Position numbers and translations under genes: made by a program
Assembly: GCA_040222015.1 (NCBI GenBank)
Contig: JAVJWO010000195.1
Coordinates: forward strand, 32,001-96,000
DNA from: Coleofasciculus chthonoplastes F2-STO-03
GTDB taxonomy: Bacteria; Cyanobacteriota; Cyanobacteriia; Cyanobacteriales; Coleofasciculaceae
DNA: 64,000 nucleotides
Direction: 5' to 3'
Part shown: one piece after another, positions 50,401 to 60,175 of the stretch
How the letters are laid out: every line of letters starts with the position of its first letter
Numbering within the stretch: position 1 is the stretch's first letter
Notes under the pieces: model-generated
The model's database searches: none
The model's input: the letters and a program-made list of their open reading frames with translations, nothing else
Told to the model about the DNA's origin: nothing

Positions 50401-53400
50401 TTAATCATCCTCTTCATCCAACATAATCGTATCTTCGTGAAACACGCCAGTCTCTTGTTCCGCGCCCGCTTCTAACTGTTCCTCTTCAGTTTCCGACTCG
50501 GATAATTCCCACTTATTCACTTGGGCTGTCTCCCCAGCATACTGCTCTGTATCCGACACAGACGGGTATTGTCCCATCTCGTCCAATTGCTGCGTATCGC
50601 CACTATACTGCTCTGTATCCGAAACCGGGGCTTCAGTTACCCACTCATCCACTTGGGCTGTCTCCCCAGCATACTGATCCGTTTCCGACACTGTAGCTTG
50701 GGCATTTAACCGCTCACGGTCAAACTGTTCAGTTTCCCCATCATAGCGATCGCTTCCTTGCGAGTAAATGGTTGGTAACATGAGTTCCCCTTCGGCACTC
50801 TCAATGAAAATCATCGGATCATCTTCAAACAAATGCTCCTCTTCGATAGTTTTCACGAAGGGAGAGACAACCAAAGATTGGTAATAGGACTGAAACTCGT
50901 CCCAGGAAAAGAACGCTCCACTTTTAACCGCAAACTGTTGATTCGGTTCATCTAACTGGGCATCTACTAAACAAGCATTGGTTAAATTCGCTGACGTTAA
51001 ATTAGCACCCCGCAAATCTGCCCCCAATAAATTCGCCCCTTCTAACTGCGCCCCTTTGAGATCCGCATCCGCTAAATTTGCCCCAACTAAACTTGCCCAG
51101 GCTAAATTTGCCTGTTGTAAATTAGCCGCCGCTAAGTTAATCCCACTTAACTCAGCCGTCGATAAATCGGCATGGACAAGATTCGCCTCTGCCAGCATTA
51201 CCCGATTTAAACAAGCTTGGGGTAAATGAATCTGCGCCAAACTTCCTCTCGCCCGTTGCCAAAATGTGGTAGGAGATAGGGCAACGGTACGACCCATAAA
51301 ACTTAACAATTGATCGGCATCAAATTCCTGGGGAATCTCTGGGTTGCCACAGGGCCAGAAGGGGAGATTGGCTTCTCTGGTGGCTGAACAGAGGACTAAA
51401 AAGACATTTAATCCCACGGTGGCATCAATTTGTAACGTATTCAAGGGATTATTCAGATCCCGCAACTGTTCGTGAACCCGATGAGCCACCCCTTCATCAA
51501 ACCACCGTCCGCGACAGTAGGCGCGATAAAAGCGATAGAGTCGTTGAAATAATACCGGGAAGGAAAAGGCGTCCGCATTGCGCTGTTGCTCCCGTCGTAG
51601 TCTCTCAATTACCAATTCCTCAATTTGAGGAGACAACAAACCATACCCCAACAACTGATAAAGATGTTCAGCCAGATGGAGGGACGAATCAATCACAAAC
51701 GAGACTTCCCCATACGGGTTGGGCAGCTTTTGCGTTAATGCCTTCAGTTGCAGGGCAATTTCTTCGGCAGCTAAATAGTCTCCTAAACTAGGGTGAGAAA
51801 ACTCAATGGAGAGGGGTGCTGATGCCGCTTTCTGGGACGCAAATGATTGGCGCGGTGAGGACTTCATCCAGTCTCCGGCTTTATCTCTGGGCTGGGTGCG
51901 GAAAAAGAACGTGGGTAGGGGTTGGGTAAAGGAATCCGTCGTCGTTTCTTGATTCTGGAACCGATTCTGGATTACCGTTTGTGTCACTTGATTCTGACCC
52001 GTCTGCAAAATCGTCAGGGCTGTCCCCTGCATTTGACGGCGTAACTTTTGCGGGGAACGTCCTTCCAAGAGATTCGCGATCGCTTCTAGAGAACGCCCTG
52101 CATGGGACAACCCTTCGCGAATTAACTCCAAGGGCGGTCCACTCCCGCTCGTCGGTTCACCTAGCAACCAGCGACATATCCGGTCATAGATTTCAAACTT
52201 AACCTCAGCCGGACTCATTTTAAAGATGCGATCGTCAATTAAGGCATCTCGATGTAAAATGCCCACCAAATACAGCATCAGGGGACGAGTCAGCAGCGCC
52301 ACTAAGTCGGGATGGGGAGATTGCGGCTGAAACACACCACCATGTTTTAAGAAATTAAAATACGACTGAGCAATGGATTTAGATTGCAGTTTCGCCCACT
52401 GGAGAAACCACTTGCGGAATTCCTCCTTCGCCATCGGTTCAATAGCAATCCGTTGGAGTCGGCTTTGTAGCGGCGGTAGACTACTATGGCGATATTTACG
52501 CGCCAACACGCCATCCAAAGTAACCGGGCGACTGGTAAGGATAATCTTGTGGCGAGGCGAATTTGACCCGCTCTTCTGAGTATGAAATCGCATCACCTGA
52601 TCCATAAATGTCCACAAGTGACGCTCCGTCTGGGGAGAACGGGGCAATTCATTCAAACCATCTAAAATCAGCAAACAAGGGGGGGAACTGCGAGAGAACC
52701 ACCCGTCTGTATCCGTGAACCGTCCCACCGGGAAGGCTGTCTCCAAGGTTTGCTCCAAGGTTTGACCTAACGTCACATCCCGCAGGCGAATAATCACAGG
52801 CATCCACTGGGGATACAGCTCTTGCGCTACCCGTGCAGCTAACATCTGACAGAAACTGGTCTTACCACAGCCACCATCGGCTTCAATCACCGCAATACTG
52901 TTTTTATCATTCAGTTGAGACATCACCCATGCCATTAAATCCGTCGGTGGCGAGGAAGCAGCGGCGAGATAGGCAGGGTCAAGATCGTTTTGGCGGCGTC
53001 GTTCCCGGTTTTCTTGTCCCAGGGTGGTAGGGAGGCGTCTGCCGTTCAGGGACACGTAGATTTCCTTGAGGGAAAAGGGTTCCGCAAATAAGGGTTCGCT
53101 TAAGGATCGGGAAAGTTCCGCCCGATAATATTCCCGATCCAAATCCAGGGTCAATTGGGGCGTGGAAAACTCTTCCTCCTCATCCTCTTCTGGAGGGGTG
53201 GTGAGGGTGTTACTTAAATGACCCAACCGGACAAACTTTTGTAGTTGTGCCAAGGGTAGCGCATTTTCGGCAATCACCTTGAGTAAATGACCCGCGAGTC
53301 CATTACTCAACCGTTGGGTTAATAACTTCGCTTCCGTTTCCTCCGCCCCATTCGCCACAAACCAGGCGATCGCTAAATTATTCATCTGCTGCACCAGAAA

Positions 53401-53895
53401 GGAATTCGCTACAGATGACAGGGCTTGTTCGGCTTGGGAATCACTGAGACGTCCCGGACGCAGGGTTTTCAGCAAGGCAATCAATTGGGGATCAACCAGA
53501 GGTTCCTCAGCATTCGGTGACGCCGGAACTTGGGCGCGATTCACCCAAGGTCTTCGCAGTTGGGCTTCTTGGGCTAAAAGTCCTTGTAAAGCGTTCAGAT
53601 ACGCCACCTGAAAACTCAGCCAGGTGCCTTCACTCCGGCGTAAGGGCTTCTTGCGACTCAAAATCCGCAGCAACCCCACCGTTAACTGAGACAAAATCGG
53701 CGCGACTTGCCAAGCGACAGTTAACGGTAACTCCAACACTTCGGTCAAGACACTAATCGCAAAGGGATTCAGACTCTTAACCTCCATGTCTTGGGCAATG
53801 CGAAACGCAATGCCCGCCAACTGGGCGTTATCCTGTCCCAGTTGGGCAAGTTCAATGTGGCGTTCTGCTAGCCAATTGCGAATGCTTAGGCTCAT
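50401..53895 (-). CDS. NACHT-like NTPase plus pentapeptide repeat protein with acidic C-terminal tandem repeats
   Basis: Walker A ADGGCGKTS, Walker B LLILDGLNE, IILTSR, EFSHPSLGDYLAA; ANL repeats. Confidence 0.88.
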   Translation of the reverse strand: MSLSIRNWLAERHIELAQLGQDNAQLAGIAFRIAQDMEVKSLNPFAISVLTEVLELPLTVAWQVAPILSQLTVGLLRILSRKKPLRRSEGTWLSFQVAYLNALQGLLAQEAQLRRPWVNRAQVPASPNAEEPLVDPQLIALLKTLRPGRLSDSQAEQALSSVANSFLVQQMNNLAIAWFVANGAEETEAKLLTQRLSNGLAGHLLKVIAENALPLAQLQKFVRLGHLSNTLTTPPEEDEEEEFSTPQLTLDLDREYYRAELSRSLSEPLFAEPFSLKEIYVSLNGRRLPTTLGQENRERRRQNDLDPAYLAAASSPPTDLMAWVMSQLNDKNSIAVIEADGGCGKTSFCQMLAARVAQELYPQWMPVIIRLRDVTLGQTLEQTLETAFPVGRFTDTDGWFSRSSPPCLLILDGLNELPRSPQTERHLWTFMDQVMRFHTQKSGSNSPRHKIILTSRPVTLDGVLARKYRHSSLPPLQSRLQRIAIEPMAKEEFRKWFLQWAKLQSKSIAQSYFNFLKHGGVFQPQSPHPDLVALLTRPLMLYLVGILHRDALIDDRIFKMSPAEVKFEIYDRICRWLLGEPTSGSGPPLELIREGLSHAGRSLEAIANLLEGRSPQKLRRQMQGTALTILQTGQNQVTQTVIQNRFQNQETTTDSFTQPLPTFFFRTQPRDKAGDWMKSSPRQSFASQKAASAPLSIEFSHPSLGDYLAAEEIALQLKALTQKLPNPYGEVSFVIDSSLHLAEHLYQLLGYGLLSPQIEELVIERLRREQQRNADAFSFPVLFQRLYRFYRAYCRGRWFDEGVAHRVHEQLRDLNNPLNTLQIDATVGLNVFLVLCSATREANLPFWPCGNPEIPQEFDADQLLSFMGRTVALSPTTFWQRARGSLAQIHLPQACLNRVMLAEANLVHADLSTAELSGINLAAANLQQANLAWASLVGANLADADLKGAQLEGANLLGADLRGANLTSANLTNACLVDAQLDEPNQQFAVKSGAFFSWDEFQSYYQSLVVSPFVKTIEEEHLFEDDPMIFIESAEGELMLPTIYSQGSDRYDGETEQFDRERLNAQATVSETDQYAGETAQVDEWVTEAPVSDTEQYSGDTQQLDEMGQYPSVSDTEQYAGETAQVNKWELSESETEEEQLEAGAEQETGVFHEDTIMLDEEDD

Positions 53896-54039
53896 GCCAC
53901 CCTAACTACTCCAAAACGATTCCTCATCCTATTGTGGACTCTATTGAACTCAATACGAATCACCCAAATTTACGGTTGATTGGGAATACAATGATGCACA
54001 ATAAACGGTGAACAATGAATTATCAGTTGTTGTCTATCT

Positions 54040-55860
54040 GTGTCCAAACGAGACGTGCCCCGATTTCATCTCCATACTTCCCTGCCTGCTCGCAAACCTC
54101 GGGGACATAAGTTAGTCATCCGACTTGCAAGAGGCTCTAAGGCATCGAGTTTAGCAGAAACGGGACACTTAAACGCTAAAGTTGTCCGCAACAGGCGCTC
54201 AAACCCAGACCGCCAACGCCGCCAACGGGAGTTGTGGCGATGGTCATTGCTGTGGTTGATCATTGTGTCCGTTGTTGGCAGCATGGTTGTTGGTGGTACA
54301 TTATTACTCACCCGATTGCCACCTCCGGCAAATTGCCAACGCATTTCTCCTTTATCCACGGATAGCGAACGATTATACTGCGCTCAACTGGCTGCCCAAT
54401 CCGGAGAATTTGAGCAACTGCTAAACGCGATCGCGATCGTGCAATATTGGTCGCCTAACCATTCCCTATATCCCCAGGCGCAGCAACTGCTACGGGAATG
54501 GTCCGAGAGGGTGCTGCAATTTGCCCGGGAAACCCTGAATCAGGGAAACTATACCGATGCCCTGAAAATGGCGATGCAAATTCCGGTCAGTAGTCCCCTG
54601 TATCCCGAAGCTCAAGCCCAAATCGCCACCTGGAAACAGGAACGAATCGAGGCTCAGGCAATTGTCAGTCAAGTTCAAGATGCCCTGAAAGTGCAAAACT
54701 GGCAACAGGCAGCTAAGTTAATTAGCCAACTGTCACGCTTCAATGACCAATACTGGAGTGTATCCCGCTATGATACCCTGACCCAACAGTTGGCGGCGGA
54801 AAAACAGGCGTGGACGCAACTGCAAGAAGCACGAGATTTAGCCCAATCGAATCAATTGGCAAAGATCGAGCAAGCGATCGCTTTGGCTGCCAAGGTTGAT
54901 CCTAACAGCTATATTAAAGCCCAAGCTCAGAGTGATCTGTCGAATTGGAGTCGCACGTTACTTAAAATTGCTGCCACTCGCTTCCAAAATCAAGAGTATC
55001 AGGGGGTTATTGAGGTTGCTCAAGGAATTCCGATTAATACATCCCTGTATCAAGAGGCTCAAGATTGGTTACGTTTAGGGCAAGCTGGGAAACTGGTACA
55101 ACAAAACACCATTCTTGCCTTCATCGACGCCTTAACTGCCGTTCGTCAACTGGATGACAACAGTCCGGTGCAGCCGTTAACCGCCGCCCAAGCCATTCAG
55201 TGGGAGGCTCAACTCCAAGATCGCCTCCAGTTACGCCTTGCCCAAATGACTGCCAGCTTTGAGCAACGCCCCTTGCTACAGATGGCAATCGACCAAGCTA
55301 CTCTCATCACACCCGATCGCCCCCAGCGTATCGAAGCACAGACACACATTGCCCAATGGCGCAAACAAATTCAACATATCGACGATCGCAATACCCTCAG
55401 AACTGCCCAACAGCTTGCCGCAGGTGGCACCATTGATCAATTAAACGCCGCCGTCACCCAAGCCCGTAAAATTGAGCCAGGTCAACCCCTACGCCCCGAA
55501 GCCCAAACTTCGATCACCCAATGGAATCGTCAAATCGAAACCCTAGAAGATCAACCCATCCTCGACTTAGCCCGCGCCTTCGCCCAACGCCGGGATTTAA
55601 TCGCCGCCATTTCCACCGCCAATCAGATTCGTCCAGGTCGAATGCTGTATGCTGAAGCTCAAAGCGCGATCGCCCAATGGGTTGCCCAAATTCAAACTGC
55701 CCAAGATCGTCCCATCCTAGAAGCCGCCGCCGCCCTAGCCGCCCAAGGACGATTTGACGCCGCCATAGCCACCGCTGCCCAGATTACCCCAGAACGGGCG
55801 CTTTACCAACAAGCCCAAGCTGCAATTAGTCAGTGGCAATTCCAACAGAATGGAGGGTAG
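54040..55860 (+). CDS. Hypothetical membrane-anchored helical-repeat protein
   Basis: One TM segment, C..SERLYCAQ, repeated A..IP..xLY.EAQ..I.QW units. Confidence 0.8.
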   Translation: MSKRDVPRFHLHTSLPARKPRGHKLVIRLARGSKASSLAETGHLNAKVVRNRRSNPDRQRRQRELWRWSLLWLIIVSVVGSMVVGGTLLLTRLPPPANCQRISPLSTDSERLYCAQLAAQSGEFEQLLNAIAIVQYWSPNHSLYPQAQQLLREWSERVLQFARETLNQGNYTDALKMAMQIPVSSPLYPEAQAQIATWKQERIEAQAIVSQVQDALKVQNWQQAAKLISQLSRFNDQYWSVSRYDTLTQQLAAEKQAWTQLQEARDLAQSNQLAKIEQAIALAAKVDPNSYIKAQAQSDLSNWSRTLLKIAATRFQNQEYQGVIEVAQGIPINTSLYQEAQDWLRLGQAGKLVQQNTILAFIDALTAVRQLDDNSPVQPLTAAQAIQWEAQLQDRLQLRLAQMTASFEQRPLLQMAIDQATLITPDRPQRIEAQTHIAQWRKQIQHIDDRNTLRTAQQLAAGGTIDQLNAAVTQARKIEPGQPLRPEAQTSITQWNRQIETLEDQPILDLARAFAQRRDLIAAISTANQIRPGRMLYAEAQSAIAQWVAQIQTAQDRPILEAAAALAAQGRFDAAIATAAQITPERALYQQAQAAISQWQFQQNGG

Positions 55861-56250
55861 AAGATGGGGAGATGGGGAAGCAGGGGAAGCAGGGGGAGCA
55901 GGGGAAGCAGGGGAGATAGGGGAGATAGGGAAGATGGGGAAGCTGGGGAAGCTGGGGAAGATGGGGAAGATGGGGAAGATGGGGAAGATGGGGAAGATGG
56001 GGAAGATGGGGAAGGTAAATGATCCATGACTAGAAAAGGGTTTTATGTGTAGGGGCGGGTTTCACTACTATCATTTTTTTGTTCACCCTAATGTCACTAA
56101 ACCCGCCCTGTCTAAATGAAGAATGACAAATGACGAATGACAAATGACGAATGACAAATGACGAATGACAAATGACGAATGACAAATGACAAATGACGAA
56201 TAACGAATGACGAATGACAAATGACGAATAACGAATGACAAATGACGAAT
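55858..56250 (+). repeat. Composite repeat: 9-mer array, hairpin (56049-56112), STRR heptamers
   Basis: Same order as 10789 and 21408. Confidence 0.9.
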
Positions 56251-57990
56251 CAATCCACTCAAATCCTACTTATTGACGATGACCCAATTTTCCGATTAGG
56301 TTTAGTCACTGCCCTGGAAGCCTTTGCTGATTTAGATATCGTGGCTGAAGTTGATACAGCAACGGTGGCATTGGAACGCCTAACCACCTTACTACCCCAA
56401 GAACAGGTTAATTTAATTATCTTAGACTTGGCACTAGGGCGATCGCTCGGCAGTCCCCTAACCGGACTATCCTTGTGCCAGCAACTTAAGACGGATTATC
56501 CCAATCTGTCCATCTTACTGCTAACCGCCCCATCTGAATTCAACCAACTCACTGCCGCCAAACGCTTGGGCGTGGAAGGGTACTGTGCTAAAGGATGTGC
56601 TATCACCTTAATTGTGGAAGCCATTCGACAAGTTAAAGCGGGTGAATCCTATTGGCAGATGTTACCTACCCCTGCCAATTCATTACCTCCTCCCCGTTGG
56701 CATACTCAATTACGACAGTCAGGATTACAACAAATTGAAGCGGCTTTAAAACAGGTAACGGCACAACTTCAACAGGGTAATTTATCCCGCCTAGATTGGT
56801 TATTTTGGACGGGACGCCGCCGAGAGTTATTGACAGCCCGTTGGCTGGTGAATCAGCTATTACCTATAGATTCCGGACTTGTCCCCTCTAATAATAGTAA
56901 TAGCCCTGCTGAACCTTTACCCCTTTTAAACCCTTCATCGTCTCGTCCTCCTGTCTCCCAAAATCGTCTGCGTCAATCCCCCACCAGTGCCTTATCCAAA
57001 ACCTCCTCTGAGGCGTTGCAGTTTCAACCGTCCACACCCCAGGCGGTGACGTTGACCAAACTGGATTCTAGTTTGGCAAATTTGACGAATACTCCCTTGG
57101 AAATCGATATTCTGCAAGTGGAGAGACGCCGGGAATTACTGCGTACTGTCTTATACAAGTTCGAGGAAATGCTGGATGCTTTGCGCTTTTCCCAGGTGAC
57201 GATGGAGCAATTGACCCAGAAGCGATCGCGCTTATTACATGATTTATGGCAGGTTTCTCTAACTGACTTTTTTGGTCAATACTCAACCTTAGTTATCGGC
57301 AATCAAACCATCGAAATGGTTGAGATTTTGCGGCAAGATCGGGATGTAGTGCAAACGGCTATTTTGGATAAAATTCCTTTGGTAATTGAGGTGTTAGAAA
57401 ATCGCCTTTTTGAAGCACCCTTGATGATTGATAATGTATCCTATCCTGCACATACGCCTGAAGCAATGGCGCGAGCAGAATTATTGTTACAGAATCTAAT
57501 CATTCAAGTTGCTAATGGGGTAATTCAACCCCTGCTAAACGAATTTTCTGATATTGAAATTGTTAAACATAATTTTTATGACAAACGATTAATATCCTCA
57601 CGAGAAATTACCAGATTTAGAAATAATTTATCCTGGAAATATCGGCGGAACCAATATATCGATGAACCCCAAGCAATTTTTGAAAGTCGCTATGATTTAT
57701 TTGTTTTGAGCGATATTGGCATCAAAAAAGTCGCCATTTATTCCCCTAGACGCCAAGAATTAGAACAACTACAGGGTACTCAACTAGCCGTCACCATCGC
57801 CTATGAACTTCGGGATGCGATCGCGCCGCGTTTACGGGGAACAGTCGCCTGGGTTGGTAAAGGTGTGGTTTATGTGTTGACGCAAGTCTTAGGGCGAGGA
57901 ATTGGTTTAATTCTACGGGGCGTTATTCAAGGCGTGGGTAGCGCATGGCAAGATACATGGTTTGGTAAAAATGGGGAACGGGGGAAGTAA
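56242..57990 (+). CDS. REC plus DUF3685 (Ycf55-like) protein
   Basis: N-terminal REC ILLIDDDPIFRLG; SSREITRFRNNLSW, PQAIFESRY, ELRDAIAPRL. Confidence 0.88.
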   Translation: MTNQSTQILLIDDDPIFRLGLVTALEAFADLDIVAEVDTATVALERLTTLLPQEQVNLIILDLALGRSLGSPLTGLSLCQQLKTDYPNLSILLLTAPSEFNQLTAAKRLGVEGYCAKGCAITLIVEAIRQVKAGESYWQMLPTPANSLPPPRWHTQLRQSGLQQIEAALKQVTAQLQQGNLSRLDWLFWTGRRRELLTARWLVNQLLPIDSGLVPSNNSNSPAEPLPLLNPSSSRPPVSQNRLRQSPTSALSKTSSEALQFQPSTPQAVTLTKLDSSLANLTNTPLEIDILQVERRRELLRTVLYKFEEMLDALRFSQVTMEQLTQKRSRLLHDLWQVSLTDFFGQYSTLVIGNQTIEMVEILRQDRDVVQTAILDKIPLVIEVLENRLFEAPLMIDNVSYPAHTPEAMARAELLLQNLIIQVANGVIQPLLNEFSDIEIVKHNFYDKRLISSREITRFRNNLSWKYRRNQYIDEPQAIFESRYDLFVLSDIGIKKVAIYSPRRQELEQLQGTQLAVTIAYELRDAIAPRLRGTVAWVGKGVVYVLTQVLGRGIGLILRGVIQGVGSAWQDTWFGKNGERGK

Positions 57991-58097
57991 TAGTAATTAT
58001 GGGTATTCAAGCGAACATGATATTAAACCTTATTTGAATCATGGCAAAATTATTGTAGTGCGAGCATCTTGCTCGCTACTACAACATAGAGGCGGAT

Positions 58098-59514
58098 GTG
58101 AACTACTCAGGCTTACTTCGTTGAAGCCTGAGCTTCTGACTTCACTGGGGATTGCGTCAGCTTAGTACAGACGCGCCATGGCGCGTCTCTACGCCCAAGC
58201 TTCGGTCTCACATCCCCTCTATCAGCAGCAGTCCCAGTCCCTGAGACCGATAAAATTCTGATACCCTCTGCTCTAATGTTTATTGAGGCATTGCCGTCTC
58301 TATCATGATGAGTGCCGCAGCTAGGACAAGTCCAACTCCTAACCTCCAAGGGCATCTCGTCTACCTGATAATGACAGTTTGAGCAGAGTTTAGAGCTAGG
58401 AAACCATCGGTCAATCTCTACCAGTACCTTGCCCTCTTTTTCGAGTTTGTACGATAGAAAATTGACAAACATTCCCCAGCCTACATCAGAAATAGATGCA
58501 GCTAGTTTGTGGTTCCGAACCATGCCTTTAGTATTTAGACTTTCGACTACAATGACTTGGTTTTCGTCAACAAGCTTTCTCGATAGCTTATGTAAGTAGT
58601 CTTGGCGGACATTTGATACTCGTTCGTGAACCCTAGCTACCAGTTTTCTGGCTTTATTTCGTGACTTGCTTCCTTTCTCCTTTCTGTCTAATTTCCGTTG
58701 CTTCCGTTTGAGGTTGCGCTCGTGTTTGACTAAATGCTTGGGGTTAGCAAACTTAGAGGTTTTGACTCCATCATTAACAATGGCAAAGTCCTTCAGCCCT
58801 AAATCAATCCCGGCTACTTTGCCATCGGTGCTAACCGGTGGGCTATCCCCTTCTACCTCGGTCAAGACGGATGCAAAATACTTACCCGATGGGGTCATGC
58901 TGACTGTTACCGTCTTGATAGTTCCTTCAATTGGTCGGTGTATTTTAGCTTTGACTATGCCGACGCGACCGGGAAACTTGAGGCAATCATCAATAACCTT
59001 AACCGATTGGGGATACTGTATGGACTGCTTATTCCTCTTGGCTTTAAACCTTGGGTATCTAGCTCTACCCTCGAAAAAGTTTTTATAGGCAGTTACTAGG
59101 TTGAGTGTAGTAGCCTGTAATACTTGAGAATAGCACTCAGCCAACCATTCTGTTTTCTCCTGTTTTTTAAGTTGAGGAAGGAAGGCGTTTAGTGCTGAAC
59201 GTGTCAAGCCTTTACCCGTTGCCTGATAGGTTTCAATGGACAAATTGAGTGCATAATTCCACCACCAACGGCTACAGCCAAAGTGTTGAGCTAATACCAC
59301 TTGTTGTTCAATTGTCGGATATAGCCTGACAATGACTGCTTGATGTCGCATCGCTTTCACCTTATCTTACCACTATATACTATTTAGGGTAAGCTGGTCG
59401 GGAAGATGGGAAATTTCGTTCCTCAAATTTAACCCTGAGCGGAGTCGAAGGGTTCCCGCTGTCCATCCTCACCCTACTATCGTTGAGGGTGAGGACTTCC
59501 GCGACTACGTTAAG
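58098..59514 (-). mobile_element. tnpB-only IS200/IS605-family element
   Basis: Right end CTCAGGCTT-CAACGAAGT-AAGCCTGAG-TAGTTCAC; left-end hairpin TCCTCACCCT..AGGGTGAGGA; left boundary inferred. Confidence 0.8.
58113..59360 (-). CDS. tnpB: RNA-guided endonuclease TnpB (HTH_OrfB_IS605 type)
   Basis: RLYPT..AQHFGCSRWWWN; RuvC triad GIDLG / VVESL / DRDGNA; Zn finger CSNC..CPSC. Confidence 0.95.
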   Translation of the reverse strand: MKAMRHQAVIVRLYPTIEQQVVLAQHFGCSRWWWNYALNLSIETYQATGKGLTRSALNAFLPQLKKQEKTEWLAECYSQVLQATTLNLVTAYKNFFEGRARYPRFKAKRNKQSIQYPQSVKVIDDCLKFPGRVGIVKAKIHRPIEGTIKTVTVSMTPSGKYFASVLTEVEGDSPPVSTDGKVAGIDLGLKDFAIVNDGVKTSKFANPKHLVKHERNLKRKQRKLDRKEKGSKSRNKARKLVARVHERVSNVRQDYLHKLSRKLVDENQVIVVESLNTKGMVRNHKLAASISDVGWGMFVNFLSYKLEKEGKVLVEIDRWFPSSKLCSNCHYQVDEMPLEVRSWTCPSCGTHHDRDGNASINIRAEGIRILSVSGTGTAADRGDVRPKLGRRDAPWRVCTKLTQSPVKSEAQASTK

Positions 59515-59534
59515 ATGTGCCTGGATCAGACTCC

Positions 59535-59625
59535 CAGGACTTACGCAGGTACACCACATATCGTGGCAATGGTGCGTTACGCTACGCTAACGCACCCTAC
59601 AGATAGAGGTGTTGCGTAAGTCCTA
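59535..59625. mobile_element. MITE with AGGACTTACGCA TIRs, ACTCC TSD and internal GTAG palindrome
   Basis: ACTCC|CAGGACTTACGCA...TGCGTAAGTCCTA|ACTCC. Confidence 0.75.
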
Positions 59626-59785
59626 ACTCCGTTACATAAGACTTACTCAAACTGGGCAATAGTGGTTAAAGGTGTCCAGCTTTTTAATTACAGCTAACCA
59701 CCCTTGAAATGGCTAAACTTGCCCCGATAAAGGCAGAATAGTTGGGCTTGCCCCGATATTTAGAGGCTGATTAATTGGAAACTCC

Positions 59786-60175
59786 TTAGGCTAAAGTTTC
59801 TGGGCAGTATCCTAGTCCCATGGTAAACTGTTGGCGAAACGCTTCAATATCAGTCTTGTCAGGGTTACCATGAGATACCACAGCGACTTGATAGCGACGC
59901 ATGACATCGATGGGAGATTGTCCGGTATCGAGGCTCCAAAACGCCATTTGCAAGCGCATGTCGGGTTGGAACGGAATTCCCAATTCGCGCATGAAGGCTT
60001 GGAAATCTCCATGTTGCTGAGGCGTGAGGGGATGGTTCATTTTAACTTTAATGACCCAGCCGTCAATTTGATGAATCACTGTTGTATATTGAACGGGAAG
60101 CTGGATCATGGAGTGGAGGTACTCAACCACTCGCAGTGTCAAACTCGCATTGGCTAAAAAATAAAGGTAATCCAT
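59786..60175 (-). CDS. Conserved hypothetical protein
   Basis: 129 aa, ATG start, normal globular composition (YLYFLANASLTLRV..LGYCPETLA). Confidence 0.75.
   Translation of the reverse strand: MDYLYFLANASLTLRVVEYLHSMIQLPVQYTTVIHQIDGWVIKVKMNHPLTPQQHGDFQAFMRELGIPFQPDMRLQMAFWSLDTGQSPIDVMRRYQVAVVSHGNPDKTDIEAFRQQFTMGLGYCPETLA

Noticed and set aside
840..51229. Antisense ORFs over pentapeptide genes (840, 1431, 45129, 45698, 46112, 50978)
   Set aside because: Shadow frames produced by the codon periodicity of ANLxG repeats
10789..56250. Tandem arrays as a CRISPR array
   Set aside because: The units are 7-9 bp with no unique spacers, and no cas genes are present
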